This document shows positions 1 to 9,005 of a stretch of DNA of 64,000 bases, one piece after another (within the stretch, counting starts at the first letter, position 1; every line of letters starts with the position of its first letter). This DNA comes from a virus (lineage: Duplodnaviria; Heunggongvirae; Uroviricota; Caudoviricetes), in IMG/VR virus record IMGVR_UViG_3300029736_000004; one strand, 5' to 3'. A program made the translations under genes and the position numbers. A model generated the notes under the pieces. That model was not told the origin of the DNA. It saw only the letters and a program-made list of their open reading frames with translations, and made no database searches.

Positions 1-194
1 CAATTACACCAAAAAAACATGCCTGTGGAGCGGACAAGGATTCATCATGCCAACTCCGCGAATCGACGAGTCGTTAGGTGATCCAGACAACCGAATACAC
101 AAGGCACCGCCAGGACCTGAAAGAGCGAATTTTCGTAGCGCAACACCTTACGGTTTTGCAAGAGCTGTATTTGAAGCAAATAAGGAGGGAATCC

Positions 195-1112
195 GTGGCT
201 GATATTGGTGCTAAATTTATTTCTTATAGCGACAATCATCGTCCTGCGGCGGAAGCCACTATCAACCATATGCGACGTATTCGCTCGGAGGACGAATTTG
301 ATCGCCCCGTCTTTAAGTGGGTCGGCGGCAAATTTTCTGCACTGCCCATTATCTTCGAACACCTGCCCCACGGAAAACGGTTGATAGAACCTTTCGTTGG
401 AGGTGGCGCTGTTTTCACTAATGCCGGATTTAAAAGCAACCTGCTGAACGATATCAATAATGACCTGATTAACTTCTATCAGACATTGCAGCGTGAAGGG
501 CATTCTCTTATCACACTGGCATATCGTTTTTTTCAGGATTACAACTCTGCTGATGCATTTTTGAATGTTCGCAATGCATTCAACAATGGTGCTTATGATT
601 CTCTTCACCATGCGGCGGCGTTCCTGTATCTCAATCGTCATTGTTTTAATGGCGTCACTCGCTATAACCGTAAAGGAGAGTTCAACGTCGGATATGGAAA
701 GCAGAAATCTCCCTACTTCCCTCTCGCGGAAATGGAGGCGTTCCTGGATGACGATATTTCAAAGTATTCGGAGTTTGTGTCCGGCGATTTTGCTGGTGTA
801 ATTGAGGCTGCCGGGAATGATGATGTGATTTTCTGCGATCCCCCCTATGAACCATTGCCTGACACTACCGGATTTACAAATTACTCAGGGCATAGCTTTA
901 GGTTTGAAGATCAACAACGGCTGGTGTCACTGCTGGTGGATGCCCACAGACGCGGAGCGAAAATTGTGATAACAAACAGTGGTGCGCCTAACATTCGCGA
1001 ACTTTACGTTGGCAATGGCTTCAAGGTGTATCCTATGCCATCCCGTCGCTCTGTATCCTGTAAAGCATCAACGCGAATGATAGCTAACGACATTATAGCC
1101 ACGCTTAATTAA
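195..1112 (+). CDS. dam: DNA adenine methyltransferase (Dam family)
   Basis: Dam-like motifs FKWVGGK, EPFVGGGAVF and DPPY in ORF 78-1112; AAGGAGG SD 5-6 nt before in-frame GTG at 195. ATG at 78 or 270 are alternative starts. Confidence 0.8.
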   Translation: MADIGAKFISYSDNHRPAAEATINHMRRIRSEDEFDRPVFKWVGGKFSALPIIFEHLPHGKRLIEPFVGGGAVFTNAGFKSNLLNDINNDLINFYQTLQREGHSLITLAYRFFQDYNSADAFLNVRNAFNNGAYDSLHHAAAFLYLNRHCFNGVTRYNRKGEFNVGYGKQKSPYFPLAEMEAFLDDDISKYSEFVSGDFAGVIEAAGNDDVIFCDPPYEPLPDTTGFTNYSGHSFRFEDQQRLVSLLVDAHRRGAKIVITNSGAPNIRELYVGNGFKVYPMPSRRSVSCKASTRMIANDIIATLN

Positions 1113-1117
1113 GAAAA

Positions 1118-1137
1118 GCCCCATATGGGGCTTTTAT
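1118..1137 (+). terminator. rho-independent terminator after dam
   Basis: GCCCCA-TA-TGGGGC hairpin followed by TTTTAT. Confidence 0.5.
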
Positions 1138-1149
1138 AACATCAAACAA

Positions 1150-1240
1150 GCACCGTTACGGTACACTAATAACACCATTCTGGTACTAAAAAGGAACCAA
1201 AGCAGCCTCAAAATAACACATGGAACCAAAACGGTGTTAT
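1150..1240. repeat. repeat cluster downstream of parAG (GGAACCA / ACCAAAACGGTGTT motifs)
   Basis: GGTACTAAAAAGGAACCAAA and ACCAAAACGGTGTT here are mirrored by inverse copies at 2363-2400 on the other side of the operon. Confidence 0.3.
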
Positions 1241-1247
1241 TCCGGCG

Positions 1248-1535
1248 TCATTTTGTATCCTCAGACTCTGCAAGCATGAGGATAGCATGGCGGATCATAT
1301 TCAATTTGCTGCGATTATGCTTTTTGCTTAACGCATCAAGTACCTGGTACTCGTATTCATTGAAGCCAACACGAATGGATTTAAAATCACGTGGGGCGTC
1401 CTTATCGAGCACTTTGTTGTCTTCTGGTTGCTCACCCGGCACCAAATCAGCTTTGCTGGCAAAAGCCTCAATTCGGCGTTCAAGATCGAGGTCTTTTACT
1501 TCGGGGGCTTTTACCGATTTACGAGGCTTAATCAC
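1248..1535 (-). CDS. ribbon-helix-helix partition protein (ParG-like centromere binder)
   Basis: 95 aa; C-terminal strand-helix-helix pattern (KSIRVGF...EYQVLDALSKKH...LNMIRHAILMLAE); start overlaps parA stop by 8 nt. Confidence 0.5.
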   Translation of the reverse strand: MIKPRKSVKAPEVKDLDLERRIEAFASKADLVPGEQPEDNKVLDKDAPRDFKSIRVGFNEYEYQVLDALSKKHNRSKLNMIRHAILMLAESEDTK

Positions 1536-2169
1536 TTAATAACTCCTTAACCAACATCTGGATTTCACCTTTAGCTTTCCCGTTGTCCATCTCAACAACG
1601 CCCTTCCCTTCAGCCATACAATCGCGGTAAACCTTGCGATCGCGAATGATGGTTTTCAGCAACTTCAGTTGCGGATATTCAGCAAGGTACTCTTTGGCCT
1701 CATTGGCTTCATTCACAACCGGATTGGATGGGGCCATTGTTAAGACTGCGCACGCCTTAATGCTAGGATTAGGCATCAGATCCAAAGCCTCTTCAAAGAC
1801 TTCAACAAAATGCGCCAGCGTGTCTAAATCTGGCTGAGATGGCCTGAATGGAACAAGCAAAACATCCGCCGCAGTAATACCGGTGCGCATCTCTTTGCTA
1901 TCACGACCAGCGGTATCAACAACCACAAATTCATAACGCTTGTCCAGATCAAGAAGTGTTTCACGAATATTCCCAAACTTCTGGACGCAATGAATTACTG
2001 GAGAAACCTCTGCCGCATTACGGTCCGATGCCCAACGGGCAGATGTTCCTTGCTTATCTGCATCAAGTAGAACTACGTCCTTATTTGCGCGGGCAAGCTC
2101 CGCACAAATGTTTACGCTGGTGGTTGATTTGCCACAGCCACCTTTTTGGCTGGCTACCAATATAATCAT
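1528..2169 (-). CDS. parA: ParA/ParF-type partition ATPase (small, type Ib)
   Basis: 213 aa; deviant Walker A KGGCGKST near N-terminus; VVLLDADKQG motif. Confidence 0.8.
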   Translation of the reverse strand: MIILVASQKGGCGKSTTSVNICAELARANKDVVLLDADKQGTSARWASDRNAAEVSPVIHCVQKFGNIRETLLDLDKRYEFVVVDTAGRDSKEMRTGITAADVLLVPFRPSQPDLDTLAHFVEVFEEALDLMPNPSIKACAVLTMAPSNPVVNEANEAKEYLAEYPQLKLLKTIIRDRKVYRDCMAEGKGVVEMDNGKAKGEIQMLVKELLSD

Positions 2170-2194
2170 ATCCGTTCCTCGGTGTTATTTTGGT

Positions 2195-2410
2195 ATCAAA
2201 ATGGTTCCAAACAGAAGCCTTATTGATGCGGTTTTGGCTCTATAGTGGAGTCACTATGCTTTGCAAAAGTATAACACTAAACACTCTAAATTTGCCCTCT
2301 GTTGCATCCTGTTTAACACGAAATCAGCCTCAAAGTGGAACCAGACACAAAACAGCACCATAACAACACCGTTTTGGTACTAAAAGAACACCAAATTAGA
2401 ACCATAACAG
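2195..2410. repeat. repeat cluster upstream of parAG (candidate centromere/operator)
   Basis: TGGTTCCAAAC, GTGGAACCAGAC, AACACCGTTTTGGTACTAAAAGAACACCAAA; related motifs at 1150-1240. Confidence 0.3.
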
Positions 2411-2440
2411 TATAAAAAAGGCTGCAAATTGCAGCCTTTG
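2410..2440 (-). terminator. rho-independent terminator after parMR (minus strand)
   Basis: GGCTGCAAATTGCAGCC hairpin; minus strand reads hairpin then TTTTTTAT. Confidence 0.45.
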
Positions 2441-2454
2441 AAGATGTAGATTTG

Positions 2455-2820
2455 TTAATCAGGGAGTGAGTTTGCCAAATTCTGTGCAGAGCGGCTTTTC
2501 GAAACGCCAGGTTTTTTAACATCCGCTGAGGCAGAGGGGTTTCCTTCAGGGTTTTCCCGAACTTCAGGCGAAATTTCAAGAAATGAAACCAGCATTTTTC
2601 TGATCACTTCAGGGCTATTATCACCGGATAAAAGCGATGCCAACATGGGAGGTAATCTGCTATCAACCTCGCCAAGAGCGATACCTGCAAGCATCGCTGT
2701 GCGCGCCATATCATTGCGATCTCTTAATGGATGGCCCTCAAGTTTTGCATCAGCATATTGCTCACTGGCGTTAAGACCAGGACGAAGATAAAACAATACT
2801 TTTCGACGTTCCTGAGACAT
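2455..2820 (-). CDS. parR: ParR-like centromere-binding protein (type II partition)
   Basis: 121 aa directly downstream of parM; N-terminal RRKVLFYLRPG...MARTAMLAGIALG resembles R1 ParR KRRTIAFKLNP...NRAALTAGLAL (recalled). Confidence 0.6.
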   Translation of the reverse strand: MSQERRKVLFYLRPGLNASEQYADAKLEGHPLRDRNDMARTAMLAGIALGEVDSRLPPMLASLLSGDNSPEVIRKMLVSFLEISPEVRENPEGNPSASADVKKPGVSKSRSAQNLANSLPD

Positions 2821-2830
2821 GGCAACCTCA

Positions 2831-3790
2831 TCAACCGATAGATTTTAGACCATAGACAAGAGCAAGTTGTGGATCATCAGCAACGAAAAACCTATCGTCA
2901 CGAATGTTTACCTGCTCACGGATAGCATCAGCAACAAGCGGCGCGCCGCCACCAATGACCATAACATGCGTGTATCCTTTGAAATCACTGATCACATCCA
3001 GTACGCGTGTACGGAGTCGTTCTATGCTTGACGAAATGGCTTTCTTAACATCATCAATAGCAGACGGATCGTTAATATTGTCGGTCAAATAATCCTCATC
3101 ATCACGATTAATGATTAATTGATCGACATTATAATTAGAGGTTTCGGTATTCGCTTTTGCAAGTGCCTGTCTGACCTCTTTAGTTACCAGCGAAACGCCG
3201 AGATTAGAATCGCCAAATACGCGAGAAACGGCGGTCATTTGCCCGGCGACCATCGACACATCCAGAGTAGTCCCACCAAGATCAACAATAAGCACAGAAT
3301 GCGCTGGCACAAGGCTGTCGCACAGACCGATCCCTGCGGGTATTGACTCCGGGCGCACAGTCACTTTTTTGATAGTAAAAACCTGACCTTTGTTAAGGGT
3401 GACTGGTCGCATCAGGCTGGCCTTTTTCCGCTCAATATTTTTCATGTTGTATTGTGCGTCGTCGTCATAAAACTCTGCCAGTGGCAACGTGACAACTATT
3501 TCCACTTCTTGAGGCTCAATGCCACTTGTAAGCAGGGCATGATGAACAGCAAGCACATTAAGCGGGCTGTATTGCCATTCAACGTTATTCGTCGGCAGCA
3601 CATCCGGCGAGATCAAGTCATATGAATATTTTTCGTCATCAATGATGTAGTTAAACGGCTTTCCTGCGCCAAATGTGGCGGACCATCCACGTTTAAAACT
3701 GTTCGGACAGATATGGGTTCGAGTTTCCCCGTCTTGTTCCCACAGCATTTTGATATTGGTAGAACCATCGTCGATAAAAATGCGCATCAT
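2831..3790 (-). CDS. parM: ParM/StbA actin-like segregation ATPase
   Basis: MRIFIDDGSTNIK phosphate-1 motif, VLIVDLGGTTLDV, VMVIGGGAPL; start set at ATGATG 3790 with GGAG SD rather than upstream ATG 3847. Confidence 0.8.
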   Translation of the reverse strand: MMRIFIDDGSTNIKMLWEQDGETRTHICPNSFKRGWSATFGAGKPFNYIIDDEKYSYDLISPDVLPTNNVEWQYSPLNVLAVHHALLTSGIEPQEVEIVVTLPLAEFYDDDAQYNMKNIERKKASLMRPVTLNKGQVFTIKKVTVRPESIPAGIGLCDSLVPAHSVLIVDLGGTTLDVSMVAGQMTAVSRVFGDSNLGVSLVTKEVRQALAKANTETSNYNVDQLIINRDDEDYLTDNINDPSAIDDVKKAISSSIERLRTRVLDVISDFKGYTHVMVIGGGAPLVADAIREQVNIRDDRFFVADDPQLALVYGLKSIG

Positions 3791-3799
3791 ATTGCTCCA

Positions 3800-3990
3800 C
3801 TTCTGAGACACATTTGAGAAAGAATTGAATTTTATATGAGAAAACAAAATAAGACCAGAAGTTAGATAGCGTAAAAAGCATCAAACTAGAGACGTAAAAG
3901 AGACACAAAAGAGACTTAGATGATACATGATGTACCCACGATACCCATTTGAGACAAATCAGAGACAAATATGAGAAGTAAGAAATCTGA
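3800..3990. repeat. parC-like centromere: phased 11-bp AGAGACA repeats
   Basis: AGAGACgtaaaAGAGACacaaaAGAGACttaga at 3888-3920 and GAGACAAATCAGAGACAAATATGAGAAG at 3950-3978, immediately upstream of parM. Confidence 0.5.
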
Positions 3991-4039
3991 AGAGTGAAAA
4001 TCACAAAGTGGAGAAGATTTAAGAAAAAGGAGGTGTTAG

Positions 4040-4324
4040 ATGAGTGCAATAGCGACCAGTGACACAGTTTGTTCTGGTCATGGAGGATTCCCTCCGCGAC
4101 CTGTAGCAGAAACAGTTTCCTGGTTTACCGTAAATGGAAAGCCAGTGGTTGTAGATGGGGGAGCGTTCCCCAGCCATACAGACGGAAATAGCGCGCACCC
4201 CGGATCAGCCGTATCGACGCGCTCATGGTTTGCAATAGGCGGAAAAGGAGTTGTTTGTGTGGGAGATCCCCTTTCTTGTGGCTCAGTCATCGCCAATGGT
4301 GAGGCAATTTTTCAGGTGTCATAA
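4040..4324 (+). CDS. PAAR-like spike-tip protein (putative)
   Basis: 94 aa; TVNGKPVVVDGG and VGDPLSCGSVIANG segments resemble PAAR repeats; AAGGAGG SD. Confidence 0.4.
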   Translation: MSAIATSDTVCSGHGGFPPRPVAETVSWFTVNGKPVVVDGGAFPSHTDGNSAHPGSAVSTRSWFAIGGKGVVCVGDPLSCGSVIANGEAIFQVS

Positions 4325-5118
4325 TGCTTGATTCAATCGCTGAAGTTAATGCATTCAAAATTCTAAATGCATCAGGCACAACTACGCCTGCATCTATCAC
4401 GCTAAGTAAAACAGCGTCATCCAATGCCAGTTCTCTGGAAGAGAATATCCAGGCTCTTATCCTGAAGGATAAAGCATACCCGGCGTCGGTGGTTTCATGG
4501 GTCAATCAGCTTTCTGTCTTTTCAGAACAACTGAAAACTGTCAGTGCAGAAGCAACCAATTTAGCCGACTCGCTGTCTCCGTATACTTCGCCAACTGAAT
4601 TACTTCAGATGAAAATTGGCTGGGAATGTTACGTCAAAGGTAATGAGTTATCTCCTGCGCCAGAATTTGCTCTCGTAACAGTTATGGGAGATACCCTGCA
4701 TCCGCAATCGCTTATTGACGCGTTGGCTGCATTTGAACTGGTGCCAATCACTTCAGCCATGGCCGCTATAAATGCAAAAGTTCAGGCGTCAAGCGGGGAG
4801 GCTTCAGGCAACGGAAGTTCCACCGGAACAACACAGCAACCAGCACTAACAGAAGAAGAGATCAAAGCACTAAAAGACGCTGTGGAAGCAGCAACAGAAC
4901 AAATAAATGCAATAAACAACACGAGCAGTAGTCTCTCAACACTTGCACAGCAAGTTAAGGACTCTACCGGAAAAGCCAAACAGGGACTGGAAAATGCTGT
5001 AGCTATTACGTTAACCGGTTCTCTACTGGGCGATGAAGTAATGAGTCCGGCAATCAGTTTGATCATGCCACAAGGTGTAATCGATGCGCTCCAAAGCAAC
5101 ACTAAAAAGGAATCATAA
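4324..5118 (+). CDS. hypothetical protein (Ser/Thr/Ala-rich)
   Basis: 264-aa ORF; start overlaps PAAR stop (TAATG). Confidence 0.5.
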   Translation: MLDSIAEVNAFKILNASGTTTPASITLSKTASSNASSLEENIQALILKDKAYPASVVSWVNQLSVFSEQLKTVSAEATNLADSLSPYTSPTELLQMKIGWECYVKGNELSPAPEFALVTVMGDTLHPQSLIDALAAFELVPITSAMAAINAKVQASSGEASGNGSSTGTTQQPALTEEEIKALKDAVEAATEQINAINNTSSSLSTLAQQVKDSTGKAKQGLENAVAITLTGSLLGDEVMSPAISLIMPQGVIDALQSNTKKES

Positions 5119-5188
5119 CCACACCATTTAAGCCCATAAATGGTTACAAATTGGTACACATATCACACCAACAAAAAATCTGAAGAGG

Positions 5189-5647
5189 ATGGTTTTGAAA
5201 AAGATAATTTTGATAGTAGTTGCGCTTTTAGCCATTTATGGAATTTACCGTACTACGGCGGCAGTTATCGATCACATCAGGTATATCCGTTCCCTGGAAG
5301 ACTCAAAATCACAACTTGAAAGCGAGAACAACACGCTTTCTACCGCATTGCAGTTAAGTGAAAAATCGCGATCTGCCATGATGGCTGAAAACGAAAGAAT
5401 TAAAACACTGGAGAAGGAGTACCAGCGCAAAACAGCAGAACTGAATACCAGCCTGATCAAACAACGGGAGGAAAGCCAGAATGAAATCAATCGTCTTGAA
5501 ACTGCGTTACGTAATGCCGGGGTTAATGATGTGCGTGTGCCTGATGACGTTATCAGGATGCAGCGGGAACGGGCAAAAGAAATCAATCAGCGTGCCAATG
5601 CAAATTACCGTAGAAGCCACCAGCAAACCGCAGGGAAATCTGATTGA
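5189..5647 (+). CDS. i-spanin (Rz-like)
   Basis: N-terminal TM (KKIILIVVALLAIYGIY) followed by a long coiled-coil periplasmic domain. Confidence 0.5.
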   Translation: MVLKKIILIVVALLAIYGIYRTTAAVIDHIRYIRSLEDSKSQLESENNTLSTALQLSEKSRSAMMAENERIKTLEKEYQRKTAELNTSLIKQREESQNEINRLETALRNAGVNDVRVPDDVIRMQRERAKEINQRANANYRRSHQQTAGKSD

Positions 5648-5813
5648 TTATACCCCTTGCATAGTGCCAGAGGACACACCTGTGCTGTTAAACAAGTATC
5701 CGGCATACACTGAACAGTTATTCAGCACTATCGATGAATGCAACCAACGAAATGCACTGAATAACCAAAGGAACAGGGAAATTTGGGAAGGGAAGGGGGA
5801 TCACGGCTCCTGA
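5481..5813 (+). CDS. o-spanin lipoprotein (Rz1-like), +1 frame overlapping i-spanin 3' end
   Basis: Signal peptide with lipobox LSGC, Pro-rich mature part; overlapped with the Rz-like gene. Confidence 0.45.
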   Translation: MKSIVLKLRYVMPGLMMCVCLMTLSGCSGNGQKKSISVPMQITVEATSKPQGNLIDYTPCIVPEDTPVLLNKYPAYTEQLFSTIDECNQRNALNNQRNREIWEGKGDHGS

Positions 5814-6283
5814 AGCCAGATATCCTGGCTGTCAGCTTCTTCAAAACCGTGACAGACGTTAAAGTCACTCAAGCGATACTGGCGCTGACGGCCTCTATTT
5901 CGCTCATGCCAATGCATATATCCACCGGCAAATGCCAGCGGACAATCGCTATAGTCGATGTAGCCAATACCATTACCCAAACGCGCTTCGCGCGCCCCGG
6001 CTTTCCAGGACAGTAGAAAAGAGTCACGATCTGCCAGCATGACTACAAAATCATCTGGATCGCCTATGCAGTGAAGAATGCCTGCCTTGCATAACTGTTT
6101 GAGTGCCTTAGACTGGCTCAGGATGTCTTCACCGTAATACTGAAAACAATCATCAACAATAGCGGGATAGCCAGCGGGTGGATTCAGGCTGGTTGGTATA
6201 GCTGACGCGATAGCCAGCATTAAACGATATTGTGTTTTCGATGGGTTCGCGTGACTCATGTTTCCTCTACTCACTGTCTCCAT
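5801..6283 (-). CDS. hypothetical protein
   Basis: 160-aa ORF, second gene of a two-gene minus-strand operon (13-nt overlap with upstream gene). Confidence 0.45.
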   Translation of the reverse strand: METVSRGNMSHANPSKTQYRLMLAIASAIPTSLNPPAGYPAIVDDCFQYYGEDILSQSKALKQLCKAGILHCIGDPDDFVVMLADRDSFLLSWKAGAREARLGNGIGYIDYSDCPLAFAGGYMHWHERNRGRQRQYRLSDFNVCHGFEEADSQDIWLQEP

Positions 6284-6663
6284 GCATTTTTCAGCTCCGG
6301 AATATCAGCCATTTCCACTAACTTCCGAAGCCCCGCGCTGACCTTCCCATTACCAACCGCAGCAAGCCAATCCCTTACTGACTTCGGCATATAAAGAGTG
6401 GTCGTTACAGGATCTTCCACTCTTACAGGCGTGCCAATTTGAGGCCACTTAACAGATGCCAAAACGTCAGAAGGCGGGGTAAGCGCGGGAACATTAAGAA
6501 TAGCCTTTCCTGAATGGAGAATCACGATTCGTTCAGCCAGGGAAAGAATGTCTCTTTCAGTAAGGATTGATGACAGTTGAGCTTCTACAAGGCATCTGCT
6601 GCTTGTATTCAGAGAATGGCTTTTAGCACCATTTTTGTATGAAACGAAGATCTTGTACGCCAT
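6271..6663 (-). CDS. hypothetical protein
   Basis: 130-aa ORF, first gene of the minus-strand pair. Confidence 0.45.
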   Translation of the reverse strand: MAYKIFVSYKNGAKSHSLNTSSRCLVEAQLSSILTERDILSLAERIVILHSGKAILNVPALTPPSDVLASVKWPQIGTPVRVEDPVTTTLYMPKSVRDWLAAVGNGKVSAGLRKLVEMADIPELKNAWRQ

Positions 6664-6679
6664 TTGTTCTAATGTTTTA

Positions 6680-6742
6680 TGTTAGAAAATTAAGATTAAA
6701 ACATACTAACACAAGATTGTTAACGAAAATTATTTTTCTAAT
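6680..6742. promoter_or_regulatory. operator-like motif cluster (inverted pair plus extra half-site) upstream of capsid gene
   Basis: TGTTAGAAAATTAA at 6680-6693 with inverted partner ACTAACA at 6705-6711, plus TTTTTCTAAT at 6733-6742. Confidence 0.45.
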
Positions 6743-6822
6743 GCTATTGACTAAATAACAAAGTGAGTATTGTCACCTCGTCAAAAGAATCTTCACGCCG
6801 CGCCCGAATTTAGGGTTTAACC

Positions 6823-8520
6823 GTGAACAAGAACATTGAGCCAGCTCGTAAGCGCGAGCGCGAGATTATGAATCGGGCGGCAAGCGTCATGGCTATGACC
6901 GTCGATCCAACCACTGATGCTGCCGGTAACATGATTGCCGACAACGAAGTGATGATGGCTAACCTGGAAAAAGCTATCCAGAAAGAGCCTATGTTTGAAG
7001 GCGTTGAACCAGAAGCAGCTCGCCAGATCATTGGTAGCTGGGCCATGTCTATTCATGAATACAAACGCCAGTATGGGCATTATCCGGCAAGCGATGTATT
7101 AGCCAACGCCCATGTAGCACTTGAGCGCCTGATGATGGAGTCCGCTAAAGAGACTCATGAAGGCGCTGGCAAAGCCATGTTTGAATCAGTAGCCAAGGAC
7201 ATGCGCACCTCCGATGGTGTAATGAAGGTTGCACAATATGCCGCACTGATCCTGCCTGCTTCTCTCGGCGCAGCCACCAGCGACGCATGTACGTTTATCC
7301 CTTGTGATCGTGATGAAACCAATATTTACGAGCTGACCAACGTTGCTGGTACAAAATTCGGTACATTCGAGCAGGGCGATGAACTGAACATGCAGTCTGC
7401 TGGAGTGTATTCGCAGATGAAACGCCTGTACATCCTGACCGAAAAAGGAGATGGCAGCAAAACCACCTTCCAGTTTGATATCCAGAACTTCGAAGGCCAG
7501 GCCTGCCCACTGCGCCAGGGCTACAACAAACTGCTGATTAACCGCAAACCGTCCAAAGTAGATGATGGTGACGGCAACCTGTATTTCAACGACAAAGACG
7601 TCAACGGCAACTCTTTCTCTGTGACGGCAAAGGTTCGATACGATACCGGCGTTATCGATATCACCTTTAATGAAGCACCAGCAGAAGGCACAGAAATCGC
7701 TGTTCAGGTTGAAATCAACATTGAACGCAATCCGAACCTGATACCTGTCATTAACCAGTCCATGCGCAATTACGCCCTGCGCCCGTCGGAGTACGTGATC
7801 GCATCCGAACATACGGTTATGGCTGCATCTGACCTGAGCCGTGAACACGGACTCGAACTGGCAGCATTGCAATTCTCTGCAATGCGCAACTGGATTTCCC
7901 ACGAAATCGATATGATGCGCCTGCGCACTCTGGTATTCCACACCGTTTACGGTCGTGAATTTGATGTGGCACTGCCAGAAGCGCAGAACTACGAGTCGTG
8001 GGTTGGTTTAATTCGCCATGTTGTGAACGCGCTGTCACAGGAGATGGCTGACCGCACCCTGACTACCGGTATCCGTGGTGGCTTTGCTGGTGGCGATGCT
8101 GCTAACTTCCTGCGTTCCTTACCGCCGCAGCACTTCCAGTTGGCACCGGGCTATGTACAGTCGCCGTACATTCAATACATCGGCACCCTGTTTGGTTCCA
8201 TTCGTATCTACGAAGTGCCGAAGCCTATCTGCAAACAATTCCAGAAATATGGCTACGACTTCGGCCTGGACGACATCTATTTCTATGGTCGTGGCGAAGG
8301 CATTGGTAAAGCAGGCCTGGTCGCAGGTGATGCTGTGCCTGCTATTCCGTATGTCCACGAAACAAATCCAGCCCTGGTGAACCGCACCACTTTCTGGGGC
8401 AAAGCAATCAACGATGTGCATCCGCGCAACGGTGAGAACTATTTCACTCGCCTTCGCCTGACACGTTCGAAAGAAGGTGCGATTGACATGTTGAGCGGGC
8501 AAATCAACGAAAAAAAGTAG
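6823..8520 (+). CDS. major capsid protein precursor (putative, P1 gp23-like)
   Basis: 565 aa (~62 kDa), size and position next to sheath/tube genes as in P1 genes 23-22-21; assignment versus sheath not certain. Confidence 0.45.
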   Translation: MNKNIEPARKREREIMNRAASVMAMTVDPTTDAAGNMIADNEVMMANLEKAIQKEPMFEGVEPEAARQIIGSWAMSIHEYKRQYGHYPASDVLANAHVALERLMMESAKETHEGAGKAMFESVAKDMRTSDGVMKVAQYAALILPASLGAATSDACTFIPCDRDETNIYELTNVAGTKFGTFEQGDELNMQSAGVYSQMKRLYILTEKGDGSKTTFQFDIQNFEGQACPLRQGYNKLLINRKPSKVDDGDGNLYFNDKDVNGNSFSVTAKVRYDTGVIDITFNEAPAEGTEIAVQVEINIERNPNLIPVINQSMRNYALRPSEYVIASEHTVMAASDLSREHGLELAALQFSAMRNWISHEIDMMRLRTLVFHTVYGREFDVALPEAQNYESWVGLIRHVVNALSQEMADRTLTTGIRGGFAGGDAANFLRSLPPQHFQLAPGYVQSPYIQYIGTLFGSIRIYEVPKPICKQFQKYGYDFGLDDIYFYGRGEGIGKAGLVAGDAVPAIPYVHETNPALVNRTTFWGKAINDVHPRNGENYFTRLRLTRSKEGAIDMLSGQINEKK

Positions 8521-8661
8521 CAGTGGCGAACGTGTCAGTTTCACCAACGGCAATTGAAGTAAACGAAGGTGAAACTATCGCCGCGAGCACTTCAAAGACA
8601 CGAAAAACACCCAAAAAGAAGTAAAACCAGCCCCTGAATAGGGGGCTATATGGAGGAAAAA

Positions 8662-8940
8662 ATGGCTGATATCAAAGTAACTATTACCCCACCAAATGCG
8701 ACAGATAAAACTTTCACTGTCGAATCCGATCATCCGGAAATTGTGAGAGTTGATGGAACCACATGCACCGCAGTATCTGCTGGTACTGCGGTACTAACCA
8801 TCAAAACTACAGATGGAAATAAAACCGCAACGTGCACTGTAACGGTTAATGAAGCCGTAGTAAGTGTCGACTCTGTCAGCGTTGATCCGTCAACCAAAGA
8901 AGTGACGGTAGGTGACAGCTTCACGGTCGGCGAAGCCTGA
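8662..8940 (+). CDS. Ig-like (Big_2-type) domain protein, probable virion decoration
   Basis: Beta-rich T/V repeats (VTITPPNATDKTFTV...AVLTIKTTDG); GGAGGA SD before ATG 8662 (ORF track start 8650). Confidence 0.45.
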   Translation: MADIKVTITPPNATDKTFTVESDHPEIVRVDGTTCTAVSAGTAVLTIKTTDGNKTATCTVTVNEAVVSVDSVSVDPSTKEVTVGDSFTVGEA

Positions 8941-8944
8941 TAAA

Positions 8945-8976
8945 AGCCTCCCCATGCAAATGGGGAGGCTTCTCTC
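8945..8976 (+). terminator. terminator-like hairpin between Ig-like and sheath genes
   Basis: AGCCTCCCCA-TGCAAA-TGGGGAGGCT stem-loop followed by TCTCTC. Confidence 0.35.
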
Positions 8977-9005
8977 ATCCGCTCGATAAAGAGGAAAAGA
9001 GCAGC

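Noticed and set aside
45-641. 198-aa minus-strand ORF at the left end
   Set aside because: Lies entirely antisense to the Dam methyltransferase gene, which has clear catalytic motifs; no SD or recognisable domain.
7186-7941. 251-aa minus-strand ORF inside the capsid gene
   Set aside because: Antisense to a long, well-supported structural gene; Cys/His-rich low-complexity translation typical of an antisense artefact.
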